From Longimicrobiales bacterium (GTDB lineage Bacteria > Gemmatimonadota > Gemmatimonadetes > Longimicrobiales > Gaopeijiaceae), in the NCBI GenBank assembly GCA_965198065.1, contig CBDAON010000003.1, positions 1 through 64,000 of the forward strand: a stretch of 64,000 bases of DNA, in the 5' to 3' direction. The notes below the pieces were generated by a model. It was not told the DNA's origin, made no database searches, and saw only the letters and a program-made list of their open reading frames with translations. Numbering within the stretch: the first letter of the stretch is position 1; each line of letters opens with the position of its first letter. Made by a program: the position numbers and the translations under genes. Below are positions 31,950-45,643 of this stretch, piece after piece.

Positions 31950-32002
31950 CTGCTCTGTCGAAGGAGGAATCCCAGCGCCTGCTTTGCAGAGAGGAACGCA
32001 AG

Positions 32003-33041
32003 ATGAGAGTCAGAGGATACGCTGCCCACGGTCCGGATCAGGTGCTCGAGCCCTTCGAGTTCGATCGACGGTCGCCGGGCGCGAAGGACGTCGAGATCCG
32101 GATCGAGTACTGCGGCATCTGCCACTCGGACATCCACTTCGCCCGGAACGAGTGGGGCATGAGCACGTACCCCTGTGTGCCCGGACACGAGATAGTTGGG
32201 CGCGTGACAACGGTCGGCAGCCGCGTGATAGACTACGAGGCCGGCGACTTGGTGGGCGTCGGATGTCTCGTGAACTCGTGTCGGATCTGCGGAAGCTGCA
32301 AGGAAGGCCTCGAAAACTTCTGCGAGAGGGGCTTCACCTTGACCTACGGCAGCGTGGGCGGCGACGGCGTGCCTACGTATGGGGGATATTCGACCCATAT
32401 CGTGGTGGACGAAGACTTCGTGGTGAGAGTGCCGGACGGCCTCGACGCGGCGGCCACGGCGCCGCTCCTTTGCGCCGGCATCACAACGTACTCGCCCCTT
32501 CGGCACGTTGGCCTTTCGAAAGGTGACCGCATCGCGGTACTCGGGCTCGGCGGCTTGGGGCACATGGCGGTCAAGCTTGCTCACTCGATGGAAGCTGAGG
32601 TGGCGGTGTTCAGCCGATCGCCTTCGAAGGAGGCAGGCGCGAAGAGCCTCGGCGCCGACCACTTCATCCTGACCGCCGCGCCCGATGCCTTCAATTCATA
32701 TCAGGGGCATTTCGACTTCATTCTCAACACGGTCGGAGCGGAGCACGACCTAATGGGACCGCTCAATACCCTCCGCCGAGACGGGACCATGATCATGGTC
32801 GGCGCGCCCCCCAACGCCCTTCCCCTGCCGACAACGCCGCTCCGCATGGGACGTCGGACGATCATGGGATCCTTGATTGGGGGGCTTCAAGAGACGCAGG
32901 AGATGCTGGACTACTGTGCGGATCATGGGATCGTCAGCGAGATCGAGAGGATCGGCCCGACCCAAATCAACGAGGCCTACCAAACGCACTCTGGCCTCGG
33001 ACGTGAAGTTCCGGTTCGTCATCGACTGCAAGCAGATGTGA
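32003..33041 (+). CDS. NAD(P)-dependent zinc alcohol dehydrogenase (CAD/YahK-like; frameshift near 3' end)
   Basis: CGICHSD, GHEIVG and GLGGLG motifs; the expected tail VKFRFVID lies in a shifted frame. Confidence 0.92.
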
Positions 33042-33125
33042 CAGAGTTAGGCGTCTCTTGATCTTGGACGGTCAATTGAAGTACGGAGAAACGATCGCAG
33101 CGTCGTAGCAGAGCTCCTGGAAAGC

Positions 33126-33302
33126 TCGCGGCGCGCTCGCGAACCAGACTCCGTTCTCGAAAATGGGCCGCCTATTCAGCTAACCGTCCTTTCGATCAGC
33201 GAGCTGTTGAGACAGGAGGGCGACCTGCAACTCGACTCGCTTGATGTCCCCTGCTAGGGCTAGGCGTGCCATCTCGAGCCAGTACCAGACCTTAACGGCC
33301 GT
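33126..33302. repeat. Copy of the DUF6768 gene 3' end and downstream sequence (direct repeat of 33806-33982)
   Basis: Near-identical sequence at an offset of 680 bp. Confidence 0.9.
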
Positions 33303-33375
33303 GCCTTCGCAAGCTCGTGCCCCGCACGAGCGAGAATAGACCGAAGTCAGCTTCTGGTCCAGCTCGGTCAGCTCT

Positions 33376-33729
33376 CTAGGCGGCCACACCCTTGGGGTTC
33401 GCACCGTATTGATTCTCACCCGGCTGGCTGTCAAACAGCATGAGCACAGAGAGCCAGATCGCCCCAATGATCGGGATGAGACTCAAGAGGAACCACCAGC
33501 CGCTTCGGTCGGTGTCATGCAATCGCCGCACCCCGACAGCCACGCTCGGCGTTGCGACGAAAAGCCCAAAGAACAAGGCCGCCACTGAGCCAACCTCCGC
33601 CGGCAAGCCGAGGGTTAGGAGGATCTGCACGGTGGTGTTGACCAGCACAAACGTCCAGTACTCCCTACGGCGAGCCCGTCCAGAAAACACGAGGTACTTC
33701 GTCAGAGCTTCGAGGTACCAGTGCATCAT
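33376..33729 (-). CDS. DUF805 family membrane protein
   Basis: FSGRARRREYW, VRRLHDTDRSGW and GENQYG motifs. Confidence 0.93.
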   Translation of the reverse strand: MMHWYLEALTKYLVFSGRARRREYWTFVLVNTTVQILLTLGLPAEVGSVAALFFGLFVATPSVAVGVRRLHDTDRSGWWFLLSLIPIIGAIWLSVLMLFDSQPGENQYGANPKGVAA

Positions 33730-33859
33730 CCGCCTCCTCTAACTTCGCCTTGGTTCGCCTCCCCGCCGCGGCACTGCGGCTGCAGATGCAACGTCGTGCC
33801 TTTGATCGCGGCGAACTCACGAGCCGGACCCCGTTCTCGGAAATGGGCCGCCTATCCAG

Positions 33860-34258
33860 CTAACCGTCCTTTCGATCAGCGAGCTGTTGAGACAGGAGGG
33901 CGACCTGTAACTCGACTCGCTTGATGTCCCGTGCTAGGGCTAGGCGTGCCATCTCGAGCCAGTACCAGACCTTGATCGCCGTCACTGTTCCCAGGCACAA
34001 AGCAGCCGCGCCACCCCAGATCAACATGGAGAGCTGGTCGCTCGCTTGGAGAAACCGCAACACTGAGAGTATCGCCGCGCCGAAGAACAGAACGTTCGCG
34101 GCTACGCCGCCGATGGCCACGAGACGTCGACGACCACGGAAGGTCTCGGAGAGAAGCTCTGCAGTCGATTGTTCCCCGAAGTGATCAAGCAGCTCCACAT
34201 CGTCCTTACCCAGTGCTTCTTGGATGAGGCGGTCCAGTTCTTTCGTGGGCTCCGTCAT
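33860..34258 (-). CDS. DUF6768 family membrane protein (probable anti-sigma partner)
   Basis: Two TM helices; KVWYWLEM...IKRVELQV; translationally coupled to the ECF sigma gene. Confidence 0.7.
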   Translation of the reverse strand: MTEPTKELDRLIQEALGKDDVELLDHFGEQSTAELLSETFRGRRRLVAIGGVAANVLFFGAAILSVLRFLQASDQLSMLIWGGAAALCLGTVTAIKVWYWLEMARLALARDIKRVELQVALLSQQLADRKDG

Positions 34259-34803
34259 ATTTCCTCCGTGAGGATGGTGCGAAGGGCGGCTCGTGCGTGG
34301 AAGAGTCGAGACTTGACGGTCCCAACCGGGATCGAGAGAGCCTCAGCGATGTCTCGAAGGGACATGTCTTCCAAGTATAACCAGGTCAGGATGAGGCGTT
34401 GGTCGGGCTCGAGCTGCGCGATGCTGTCGCGGATCTGCGCAACTGTTCCCTTCGCCGTGACCGCTTCATTGGCCGTTTCAGGCGGTGGTGCGGCGACTGA
34501 AGCTCGGCGCGAACTTGCTCGCGACGCACCCAGTCTCTCGCCTTATTGGCTACTATCCGATACGCCCAGGGGCGGAATCGTGTGGGATCGTCCAGCGTCG
34601 AGATTCCCTTGATTATCGCCATCCAGCTTTCTTGGGTAATGTCACGAGCCGCGTCGGCATTCTTGGTGTACCGAAGGCCATGGCTAAGCAGACGAGGCTG
34701 CCATCGTTCGACCAGACGCCGGAATGCGTCGGGCTCGCCAGCCTGGCATTGTTTGGAGCACCAGGTATTCATCGATGACCTCAGAGGGCCTTCGGTTCTT
34801 CAT
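34255..34803 (-). CDS. ECF RNA polymerase sigma-70 factor (frameshifted)
   Basis: AFRRLVERWQ, DITQESW and FRPWAYRI, then LSIPVGTVKSRLFHAR in another frame. Confidence 0.85.
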
Positions 34804-34950
34804 CTAAGCTTAGAGTCGTAGCAGCCCGGCATTTAGTTCAAAGCACGCGGCGCAGGGATGATCACAGAGCGTTCGACCTGACCGTTCCTGGGTGGAGAGC
34901 TGGCGAGTACCAGTTGTTCCCCGTACCCGGTCATCAGGAGTAATCCACTC

Positions 34951-35142
34951 ATGAGAGTCGTATCGAACGTCGTCGGCGTGTTCTTGATCCTGATCGGGGC
35001 GATCTGGTTCCTTCAGGGGATCAATATCCTGCTCGGCAGTCCGATGAGCGGCCAGCTGCAGTGGTCGGTCTGGGGAATCCTCGCTGCCGTCGTTGGCGTG
35101 GGTCTGCTCATCTACGCCAACAGGAGGCGGGACCCTGTTTAA
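34951..35142 (+). CDS. Small two-TM membrane protein
   Basis: RBS AGGAG; WFLQGINILLGSPMSGQLQW. Confidence 0.7.
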   Translation: MRVVSNVVGVFLILIGAIWFLQGINILLGSPMSGQLQWSVWGILAAVVGVGLLIYANRRRDPV

Positions 35143-35214
35143 CCCAGACGAACGCTCCCTTTCGCAGCAAGACTCCAAGCCAGATTGCAGAGACCCTCAG
35201 GGGGGGACGAGCTC

Positions 35215-35568
35215 GTGAGCCAAGCAGAACAAGACCGTCGTGTGGACTACATCGAGTTCCGGACCAAGAACATTGAAGAGACCAAGAGGTTTTACTCACA
35301 GGTTTTCGCCTGGGAGTTCACTGATTACGGTCCCGATTACACGAGCTTCACGGACGGTCGGCTAGGTGGTGGTTTCAGTGTAGCACCGGAAGTTCAGGCA
35401 GGCGGTCCATTAGTCGTGCTTTATTCCACGAACCTGGCAGAGATCGAAGCCCGAATCACCGAGAGCGGGGGCCAGATCGTCCAGGAAACATTCGAGTTTC
35501 CAGGCGGACGCCGATTTCACTTCACCGATCCTAGCGGAAACGAGTTGGCAGTCTGGTCAGATCAATAG
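35215..35568 (+). CDS. VOC/glyoxalase family protein
   Basis: DYIEF, FTDYGPDY and FPGGRRFHFTDPSGNELAVW motifs. Confidence 0.92.
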   Translation: MSQAEQDRRVDYIEFRTKNIEETKRFYSQVFAWEFTDYGPDYTSFTDGRLGGGFSVAPEVQAGGPLVVLYSTNLAEIEARITESGGQIVQETFEFPGGRRFHFTDPSGNELAVWSDQ

Positions 35569-35569
35569 A

Positions 35570-35772
35570 ATTCGGCCAAGCTGACTCACGCGTTGGGGAC
35601 GGTGGCGGAAGGTAAGATTGCTGACCTGGTGCTGCTTGGTGCCAACCCCTTGGAGGACATCCGCAACACAACAGAGATCCGAGCGGTCGTTCGCGACGGC
35701 CGCCTCTATGACCGAGCCGCTCTCGACCGCATGCTGAGCGAGATTGCCCAAAAAGCTGAAGGCTCTCGGTGA
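35570..35772 (+). pseudogene. Amidohydrolase C-terminal fragment
   Basis: LGTVAEGKIADLVLLGANPLEDIRNT..I.AVVRDG with no N-terminus. Confidence 0.75.
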
Positions 35773-35941
35773 AGAAGCAGCCAACGCAGCATACTGGCCC
35801 CGGTGAGCGGTAACGCCTGATGGGTACTGAAACCCGCGACATGGTTTACAGAAGGGGAGGAGGTACTCCCCAGAGACGCGGGGGTCCTCGGTCCTCCGCG
35901 GGGCGGTCGGGACCCTCGCCGGCGGAGCCACCGCGGCTCTA

Positions 35942-37159
35942 CTAGTAATACCAGCTCAGGCCAAGCTGCGCGTAGCTATCCTTGCGGAAGAAGTAGAACG
36001 GGTCCTCCAGGTCGGCGTTCGTCACCGCCCTGATCTCGAAGTCGGCGGTGAAGCTCTCACCTACTCTCCGGCTCGCCTCCACCAGCCAAGACACCGTGGC
36101 CAGATCGACGTCGAGGACCGCGCCAGCGAGAATCGCCGTGCTCTGCACGTCGTTCAGGGCGAAGCGCCCGCCCATGAAGAGATCGTTGTCGAACACGGAT
36201 ACCGCAACGAGCGGCTGGCTGAAGTCCGACGTCCTCGTGTCGTGGCTGTATTCGGCGAGGAGGCCGATGTCGAGCCCCGAGTTGCCGACGTTGCCCAGCG
36301 TGAATTCGAACCCGCCGGTAAACGCTTGGAAGCGATCTCCCTGGCCGCTTCGCGTGATCGCTTCGACCTTCCAAGCCCACGCCCCTTGGATGAGTTGAGC
36401 GTCGACGCTCAGCTGGTGGACTTCTTCGTACACAGGAGCGAAGCCGGTCGGGTTCTCGGCGGTCCCGACGACCTGGAAGCGTGGATCCCGCGCCGTTCCG
36501 TAGAAGCTCGAGACCCCCAGATCCAGCGGACCGAAGTAGTGGGACCAACGGGCTGCAACGCCCAAAGTCCTCTCGATTTCCGCAGCGTCCTCGTCAATGA
36601 GGAGTGGGAACCGGAATCTCCCCTCCGCACCGGGGAACGTCCGCTCGCGGAAACGCGGCATCAGATAGACGTCGATCGTCCCCCAGTCGGCTAGCCACGT
36701 CCCATGCACCGCGGGCTGACCTAACTTGTCTTCGCCGTCGCTGTTCTCGACCTGGTCCGTCTGATTCACGACGTCGACCAGGTGCTGAGACTCGGTTACA
36801 CCCCAAAACGTGCGGACGAGTCCTGCCTCGAGCTCCCACTTCTCGCCGTAGGTGCGCCAGTACGCCTCCCGCAGGTCTACATGCGTCCGCTCGGAGTCGC
36901 CCCCGTCGAGACGCATGAAGGGCGCCAGCGTAAAGGCGTGCTGCCCGTCCGATGTGGACCAAAAGAGCTCGGGCTCGAGCGTCACGCTTCCGAACGCGTC
37001 GTGCTAGCCCGGATACAGCCCGCCCGACGGGAAGGCGCGTCCCTCCACGGTCGCCGCGCCCGAGAAAAGGTCCTAGCCGCTTACCTCCGGCGCTCCTGCT
37101 CCGAGCGCGAGCGCGATCAGCGCCGCGCTGCGGAGCGGACGTCTCGGCCAGGTTCGCAT
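35942..37159 (-). CDS. Outer-membrane protein associated with the MMPL/LolA-like operon (frameshifted 5' region)
   Basis: DLREAYW, FWGVTES.HLVDVVNQ and EDKLGQP motifs; C-terminal aromatic residues. Confidence 0.7.
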
Positions 37160-37169
37160 GTCGGCAGAC

Positions 37170-37982
37170 CTACCGGGCCCGGCGCAACGCGCTTTGGTCG
37201 AAGTCACGATCCGTCAGGCCCGTGCGGAACTGGTAGTTCGTGAACGAGAGGGTCGTGCTCTTGCCGGTCTGGTGGTTCACCATCTCCATCCGGTCGGCCC
37301 GCCAGTACTGGTCGAAGTACTGCTGGTACTCGTGATAGGTGAGGGTCTTGAGGAGATCGTTCTTCCGGTCGTAGAAGTCGACCTTCTGGAGGCGGTACTC
37401 GGCCTGGTCGTACCAGACGACCTGCCGCGTATAGCCGGAGTCCTCGTCCGTCGGGACGCGCTCGATCACGTACAGCGGGACCCCGTCCACGGTCTCGGCG
37501 GACATGAAGTCGTAGGTGTACTTCTCGACCTCCTGCGACGAGATGTCCTCGTACGCGAACTCACTACCCATGAAGGGCCCGGACCGGTTGTTCGACGTGA
37601 TCCGCTTCACCCGGCGGAGCGCGGGTAGGTAGAGCCACTGGTCATCGGGGCCCTGCCGATGCGTGTAGTTCAGAAACGCGGTCCCGGCGACGTCCCTGGG
37701 CTCGTCGAAGATCACCAGCGTCTGGTCTCCGTCGCCGTCGACCTCGAGCGTCAGGTTCCGCATCCGGCGGGAGCTTTCGTCGCCGTTCCGATTCCGGAGC
37801 AGCATCGTCAGCTCGGACGTCACGTCGTTGAAGCCCGCGTCACGCTGATCGGCCTCCTGCGCAACTTCGATGCCGGTAGGTACGCTCCTGTCCTGTGCGA
37901 CCACCGGTCCAGCACCCAGCGCGATCGCTACTGCGAGCCCGGCCAGCAGCGCCTGTGTCCTCATCTTCATCATGTCAGTCAC
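37170..37982 (-). CDS. Outer membrane lipoprotein-sorting protein (LolA-like)
   Basis: DDQWLYLPALRRVKRI...FMGSEFAYED motif. Confidence 0.9.
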   Translation of the reverse strand: MTDMMKMRTQALLAGLAVAIALGAGPVVAQDRSVPTGIEVAQEADQRDAGFNDVTSELTMLLRNRNGDESSRRMRNLTLEVDGDGDQTLVIFDEPRDVAGTAFLNYTHRQGPDDQWLYLPALRRVKRITSNNRSGPFMGSEFAYEDISSQEVEKYTYDFMSAETVDGVPLYVIERVPTDEDSGYTRQVVWYDQAEYRLQKVDFYDRKNDLLKTLTYHEYQQYFDQYWRADRMEMVNHQTGKSTTLSFTNYQFRTGLTDRDFDQSALRRAR

Positions 37983-38032
37983 CTCGAAGTTTCAGTTGAG
38001 TCGTAGGGTCAGTTCGTGTGTCGGTGGCCCGC

Positions 38033-40382
38033 TCAAAGAGCGGGGGTGGGCTCGGTCTCAGGAGCCGGTGCCGGGCTGTACGACGCCACCCTGTCGATAG
38101 CCATCAAGAGCGGCGGCAAGAACAGGAAGTCGACCGCGAGCGCCAACGCGATCGTGATCGCGGTCATCTTCCCCATGTCTGCGTTCATACCGAACGCCGA
38201 GGTCGCCAGAATCGAGAAGCCGATCACCAGGATCACCGACGTCACGGCGAGCGCCCGGCCCACCGTCGTAAACGCGTAGCGGACGGCGTCCTGCGGGTCA
38301 AGGTACCGTTCCCGGCGTGCCCTCAGGTACTTCGTCATGAAGTGAATCGAGTCGTCGACGACGATTCCAAGCGTCATCCCGATGACGATCGAGAGGCTGA
38401 GGTTCACAGTTCCGGATGCGATGCCCCAAATACCGATCTCCTGGAAGGAGGTTCGGGATGAAGCTCAAGAGGCCGAGGCGCACGGACCTGAGCGCGAGTA
38501 CCATCAGCGCCGAGATCAACACCAGCGCTAGCGTCGAGCCGATGAGCATGCTGCGAATGTTGATGCCCGAGATGTATGCAAACATCACCAACGGCCCGGA
38601 GCCTACCGAGTGCATCGACGTGGGCACGTTGGCGGCCAGCCACTCTTCGCCCGATTCCACGAGGCCGCGAACCTCGCGCGCGCTCACGTTCTCGAGCGTC
38701 ACGATGAAGCGCGTGGCGGACTTGTCCACGTTGATCTGGTTGTTCAGATCGAGCCCGTACGGAAGTGACATCTCGTAGAGGAGCAGATACTGGGCGGCAA
38801 GCTCACGACTTTCCGGGAGCGCGTAGTATGACTCGTCGTCGCCGTGCATGTTCTTGTTCAGCCGCTTCATGACGTCCGTGAACGTGCTCACGTGCATTAC
38901 GCCCGGCTGCTCCCGATACCACTGCGCGAAGTCCTCCACGGTCGCGAGGTAGGCGGGGTCGCTGATCGAGCCGCTCTCCGCGCCCGCGAGCGAGAACTCG
39001 ATGTTGTAGATCCCGGTCAGGTTATCGGCGATGAAGTCGGTGTCCGTTCGGAAGGCGATGCTTTGGTCGAAGTACTCGACGAAGCGGTCGTCCAACTCGT
39101 TCTGAGGAATCATGCCTACGAGCAGGACTGTAAGCGCAGCGGACCCCCAGAGCAGGGGGCGCCGCTTCGCGATCACCATCTCCGCGATGCGCTCGTACAA
39201 TGTAGACGTCGCTTTCTGCGGCTTGGGCGTGCGAACCGGTAGAACCGCCACGAGCGCCGGCAGGAAAGTCACCGACAGAACGAACGCCGCTGCGATGCCG
39301 GCCGCGGTCATATTGCCGAGGTGATTGAACGGCGGGACGTCGCTGAAGTTGAGGCTCAAGAAGCCGATCACCGTGGAGAGCGAAGTGAGGAAGACCGGAG
39401 TCATGTTCACGCGCACGGCCTCCACGATCGCGTCGTATTTGGACAGACCCGACTGCATCCCCTTCAACATCGTCACGAGGATGTGTATCGAGTCGGCGAC
39501 CGCGAGAGTCATGATGATCGTCGGCGCCTGCGCAGAGGGTGGCGTCAAGCCGATCCCGAAGAAGCCCGCGAAGCCCATCGCCACGACGACGGAGAGCATC
39601 ACGAGAAGCATCGTCGCAATCGAGGTGCTGACCGATCGCATTGTGAAGATCATCACGAGGAACATCGCGCCGAACATCAGCGGCATGAGGATCGACAGCT
39701 CGTCGACACTCACCTCTTGGAAGGCGCTGTTCAGCATTGCGAAGCCCGTGAGGTAAATCGTCACGTCGGGGTGCCGCGCGCTGACCTCGTCGACCACCTG
39801 ACGGGCGGCTTCCGCCACCTGGATGGGTTCGGTCGGATCCTCGCCGGGCAGCTGGAGGGTCACGTTCACGCCCGTGACCGTTGCCGCCTCGTTGACGAGG
39901 CGACGGGCCAGGAAGGGCTCAGCAACCGCCACTGCTTCCGCGGCCGCCCGTTCCTCTGCCGTGCTCGCCGCGACGTCCTCGACGAGGTCCTCGACGAGCA
40001 GATCGTCTTCGATCGCGCTCGTATGCTGGAAGTTCGTGACCGCGTCGACCCGGATCGCGTAAGGGAGCTGCCAGCCCGCCTCGGTCAGCTCCTCTACAGC
40101 GAGCAGGCTTTCCTCAGAGAAGGCCTCACCGTTGGCCGGCTCGACGACCCAGAGGACGTTGTCGTTCTTCGTGTAAACGTTCTGAAGCTCTTCATACGCG
40201 CTGAGCTGCGGGTTCTCTTCGCCGAAGAACGCAGAGTAGTCAGTGTCGAAGAAGAGCCCGGTCGCGCCGCTCCCGACGCCACCCGTCACGACCAGCGTGA
40301 GGAGGATGATCGGCCAGCGAAAGCGAATCATCTGGCGGGCGAAGGCTTCGACACGCAGATCCCACGGTGTTCTCGGGGCCAT
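38033..40382 (-). CDS. MMPL/RND family transporter (frame break near 38430)
   Basis: TLAVADSIH and PNLLP motifs; GIVVDDSIH in the second ORF. Confidence 0.88.
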
Positions 40383-40496
40383 CGAGAGGGTCCTTTTCTA
40401 GGTGGCTCGCGCCGGGGGCGGGCTGCGCCTGGCGCGGCTCGTGGCTATTCGTGAATTACGTGCAAAACGATGAGTGGAAGGCCAGGAACCGGACGG

Positions 40497-41120
40497 TCAT
40501 CCGATCTTCCCGGCTGCGGTCGGTCTCAGGGTCTCGAGGTAGCCCCCGAGGACGCGCATGGTGCTTCGTGCGACATCGACGTCGCGCGCGGACTTGGCGA
40601 GTCCTGCCGAGCCCGCCATCGCGGCGACGAGGAACGTTCCGATCTCGGACGCGTCGACGTCCGTACGGACCGTGCCCGCGGCCTGGCCCCGCTGGAACGC
40701 CTCGGCGAACACCCCTCTCCACCGGGCGTAGAGGGCCTCGATCTGTTCGCGGAAGTCGGCGTCCGTGCTCGAGAGCTCCTGAGCCAGGTTGTTCAGCGGA
40801 CACCCGCACGCGACGGCTTCCGGCGTGAGCTCGTCGAGCTTCGAGTCGACACACGACATGATCGCGCCGATCGGATCGTCTGTGCTTGCAAGCGGTCCCA
40901 CGAACGACTCGACGACCAGCTGCCGAATCATCGAGTCGATCATGGCCTGGGCGAGCCCCTTCTTACTGCCGAAATGGTGATAGAGCGCGCCGCGCGTCAC
41001 GCCAGACCGCTCGACAACCCGATCCATGTTCGCGGCCCTGTAGCCATGCTCGTGGATCTCGACGAATGCAGCCTCGAGCAATCGCTCCCGGGTGCCCTCG
41101 GGGTCTCTTGTCCTGACCAT
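40497..41120 (-). CDS. TetR/AcrR family regulator
   Basis: TRERLLEAA...GVTRGALYHHFGSK HTH; GCPLNNL. Confidence 0.92.
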   Translation of the reverse strand: MVRTRDPEGTRERLLEAAFVEIHEHGYRAANMDRVVERSGVTRGALYHHFGSKKGLAQAMIDSMIRQLVVESFVGPLASTDDPIGAIMSCVDSKLDELTPEAVACGCPLNNLAQELSSTDADFREQIEALYARWRGVFAEAFQRGQAAGTVRTDVDASEIGTFLVAAMAGSAGLAKSARDVDVARSTMRVLGGYLETLRPTAAGKIG

Positions 41121-41151
41121 GCCGTACTCCTCAACAACTGCCATCCTGAGC

Positions 41152-41179
41152 GTTACATACATATCCGTGTGTATGTAAC
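41152..41179. promoter_or_regulatory. Palindromic operator upstream of the TetR operon
   Basis: GTTACATACA-N8-TGTATGTAAC, with TTGACA on the minus strand at 41189-41194. Confidence 0.7.
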
Positions 41180-41639
41180 TGACGCCCGTGTCAAGGGGGG
41201 GTAGGTCTTCGAATTCAATGCTCGGGAGAACGGGCAACGATTGAGTAGGTCTACTCGCCCCCCGAAAGCTGCTCAGTTGTGCTCAACGTGTTCATATGTG
41301 TTACGTGATTTCTCTATGTGTGGCCAGCGGGGTCAGTTTGAATCGTGACGGTCCTGGGGTCAGGCTGATGGGCGCCCTGAATCCCCCAACCCCTACTTCG
41401 CGTAGGTACGTCTAAGTCGGCGGGCAGACCCGGGGACGAGCTCCGGGCCGCAAAATCCTCGGCTTCGGCCGATGAACACGGGGGGGCATCATGAAACGCG
41501 CACCAGGCGAATCTGATCGAAGCGGGGATGGTGGACGTTCCAGTGGGTCGGCGTGATCGCGGCCTACGTAGGTATCGTGAGCTTCCTCGTCTACACCGTC
41601 AGCGAGGCGGTGAAGCAGATCACGTGATCGTAACTTCAA

Positions 41640-41683
41640 TGGGCGCTGGAGGATTCGAACCTCTGACCTCCTGCTTGTAAGGC
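41640..41683 (-). tRNA. tRNA-Val(TAC) 3' half only (att-site remnant)
   Basis: GCCTTACAAGCAGGAGGTCAGAGGTTCGAATCCTCCAGCGCCCA; no D-arm or 5' acceptor strand. Confidence 0.85.
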
Positions 41684-41707
41684 CCATCGCAGAGGGGCCG
41701 AACTACG

Positions 41708-43774
<2,067 letters not shown>

Positions 43775-44036
43775 GCAAGTAATCGCATAAATCCAACTCG
43801 GGCCGTACGACATCCTGCCGCGTTTGAACAGCGGGAATCAGGCCCTCAACAGCGGGGATGAAGAGCGGGAATCCTCTCGCCGACACCCCCCATAGACTGC
43901 CCCTTCTGGGTCCATGCTAGAGACCCAGGCGCGTGGGTTCCCGTGGCCGAACGTGACCGCAAGCGGGGCACGCGAGCCTCAAAGTCTACCGCGACAGCAG
44001 GAGCGCTCTGGCCGGATTACTCCGCTGAGCCGCGCC

Positions 44037-45359
44037 CTACGCGATCCCCTCCAAAACCGCGCGACTCACCGCGTCGTACTCGTTAGGCAGCGGCACGGGC
44101 CGGTTCGCATCACGGCTCTCGACGCCCCGGAGCTCGTTATCGTGATATCGGACCTTGAAGTCCGTGAACTTGAGGCCGCTCGCCGTCGAGATCACGACCG
44201 TGCGGTCCGTCTTCGAGATCTCCCCTCGGTGGACCAGCTTCTTCAGGGCCGCAAGAGCCACGCCCGTGTGCGGACAGGCGAAGGTGCCGGTGCGGTCCGC
44301 GGCGGCCGCGGCCTCGGCCAGCTCGCTTTCGGTGGCCTGCTCCACGACGCCGTCGAAGGCCTCCAGGGTTCGGATGGCGCGGTGGATGCTCACCGGGTTG
44401 CCGATCCGGATCGCGCTGGCTTCGGTGCGCTGGGCGGTGATGGGCTCGTAGCTGTCCCAGCCGGCCTTGTACGCCTGGTACAGGGGGTTCGCGGCCGCGG
44501 CCTGGGCGACGCAGATCCGGGGGCGCTTCGTGATGATGCCCAGCGACTCCATCATCGAGAATCCGGCTCCGAGCGCGGACACGTTCCCCAGGTTACCGCC
44601 GGGGATGACGATCCAGTCCGGCACCTCCCAGTCGAACTGCTGGGTGATCTCGATGCCCACGGTCTTCTGGCCTTCCAGGCGGAGCGAGTTCATCGAGTTG
44701 GCCAGGTAGATCCCCGGATCCTCGGCCAGCTTCTGGACCATTGCCATGCACCCGTCGAAGTCGGTGTCGATCGCGCATACGAGCGCCCCGTTGGCCAGCG
44801 GCTGGACAAGCTGCGCTGTGGTCACTTTCCCGGCCGGGAGCAGCACGACCGCCCGAATCCCGGCGGCCGCACAGTAGGCGGCTAGTGCTGCCGAGGTGTC
44901 CCCCGTGGAAGCGCAGACAATCGCGCGGATCGGCTTCCCGTCGCGGATCATCTGGCGCACGACGCTCACCAGGACGGTCATCCCGAGGTCCTTGAACGAC
45001 CCCGTGTGACTGTTCCCACACAGCTTGAGCCAGAGATCGGAGAGCCCGAGGCCCTCGCCATACCGCTCGGCCCAGAAGAGGTTCGTGTTCCCCTCGTGGA
45101 GCGAGGCGATGCAGTCGTCGCGAAGGTACGGCATCACCCATTCCTTCTTGCCCCATACGCCGCTCCCGTAGGGCCACTCGGTGGTGTTCGTGCGATTGTC
45201 GATGAGCCGCATCCAGGCGGCCGGGCTGCGGTCGCGCAGGGCCTCGATGTCGTGCTCGACCTCGAGGAGCTCTCCGGTGGTGGGCGAGCGGTAGATCACC
45301 TGGTCGACCGGAAACGTCTCTCCGGTGGACGGGGCGCGGTATCGGCAATTGTAGGTCAT
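44037..45359 (-). CDS. thrC: Threonine synthase
   Basis: [38 protein letters not shown] and PGGNLGN motifs. Confidence 0.93.
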   Translation of the reverse strand: MTYNCRYRAPSTGETFPVDQVIYRSPTTGELLEVEHDIEALRDRSPAAWMRLIDNRTNTTEWPYGSGVWGKKEWVMPYLRDDCIASLHEGNTNLFWAERYGEGLGLSDLWLKLCGNSHTGSFKDLGMTVLVSVVRQMIRDGKPIRAIVCASTGDTSAALAAYCAAAGIRAVVLLPAGKVTTAQLVQPLANGALVCAIDTDFDGCMAMVQKLAEDPGIYLANSMNSLRLEGQKTVGIEITQQFDWEVPDWIVIPGGNLGNVSALGAGFSMMESLGIITKRPRICVAQAAAANPLYQAYKAGWDSYEPITAQRTEASAIRIGNPVSIHRAIRTLEAFDGVVEQATESELAEAAAAADRTGTFACPHTGVALAALKKLVHRGEISKTDRTVVISTASGLKFTDFKVRYHDNELRGVESRDANRPVPLPNEYDAVSRAVLEGIA

Positions 45360-45544
45360 GGGCAGGGTGGGTGTGATCGGACGGTCGCGGGAACGTGATC
45401 CGCGCGGGGGCACTGGACCGTCCAAGATATTTCGCTTGCTCCCGACGCAATACTCCCAAGGGACGCCGACCATCCAGACGGGTGGGGCTCATCGCGCGGA
45501 AGGCCGTTATCGGTAAGGCTCCGGGCTCTGACAGCACCGGAGGA

Positions 45545-45643
45545 GCCACGGCCCTCTTCGACGCACAGTCGAACCATCCGGACCTCCTCCGCGACGACCC
45601 CCGATACCAGGCGTTACTCGAAGAGGCGGGGATTACGTGGTGA
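45545..45643 (+). pseudogene. C-terminal remnant of a TPR/TolB-like kinase or cyclase protein
   Basis: DLLRDDPRYQALLEEAGITW* tail with no N-terminus. Confidence 0.45.
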
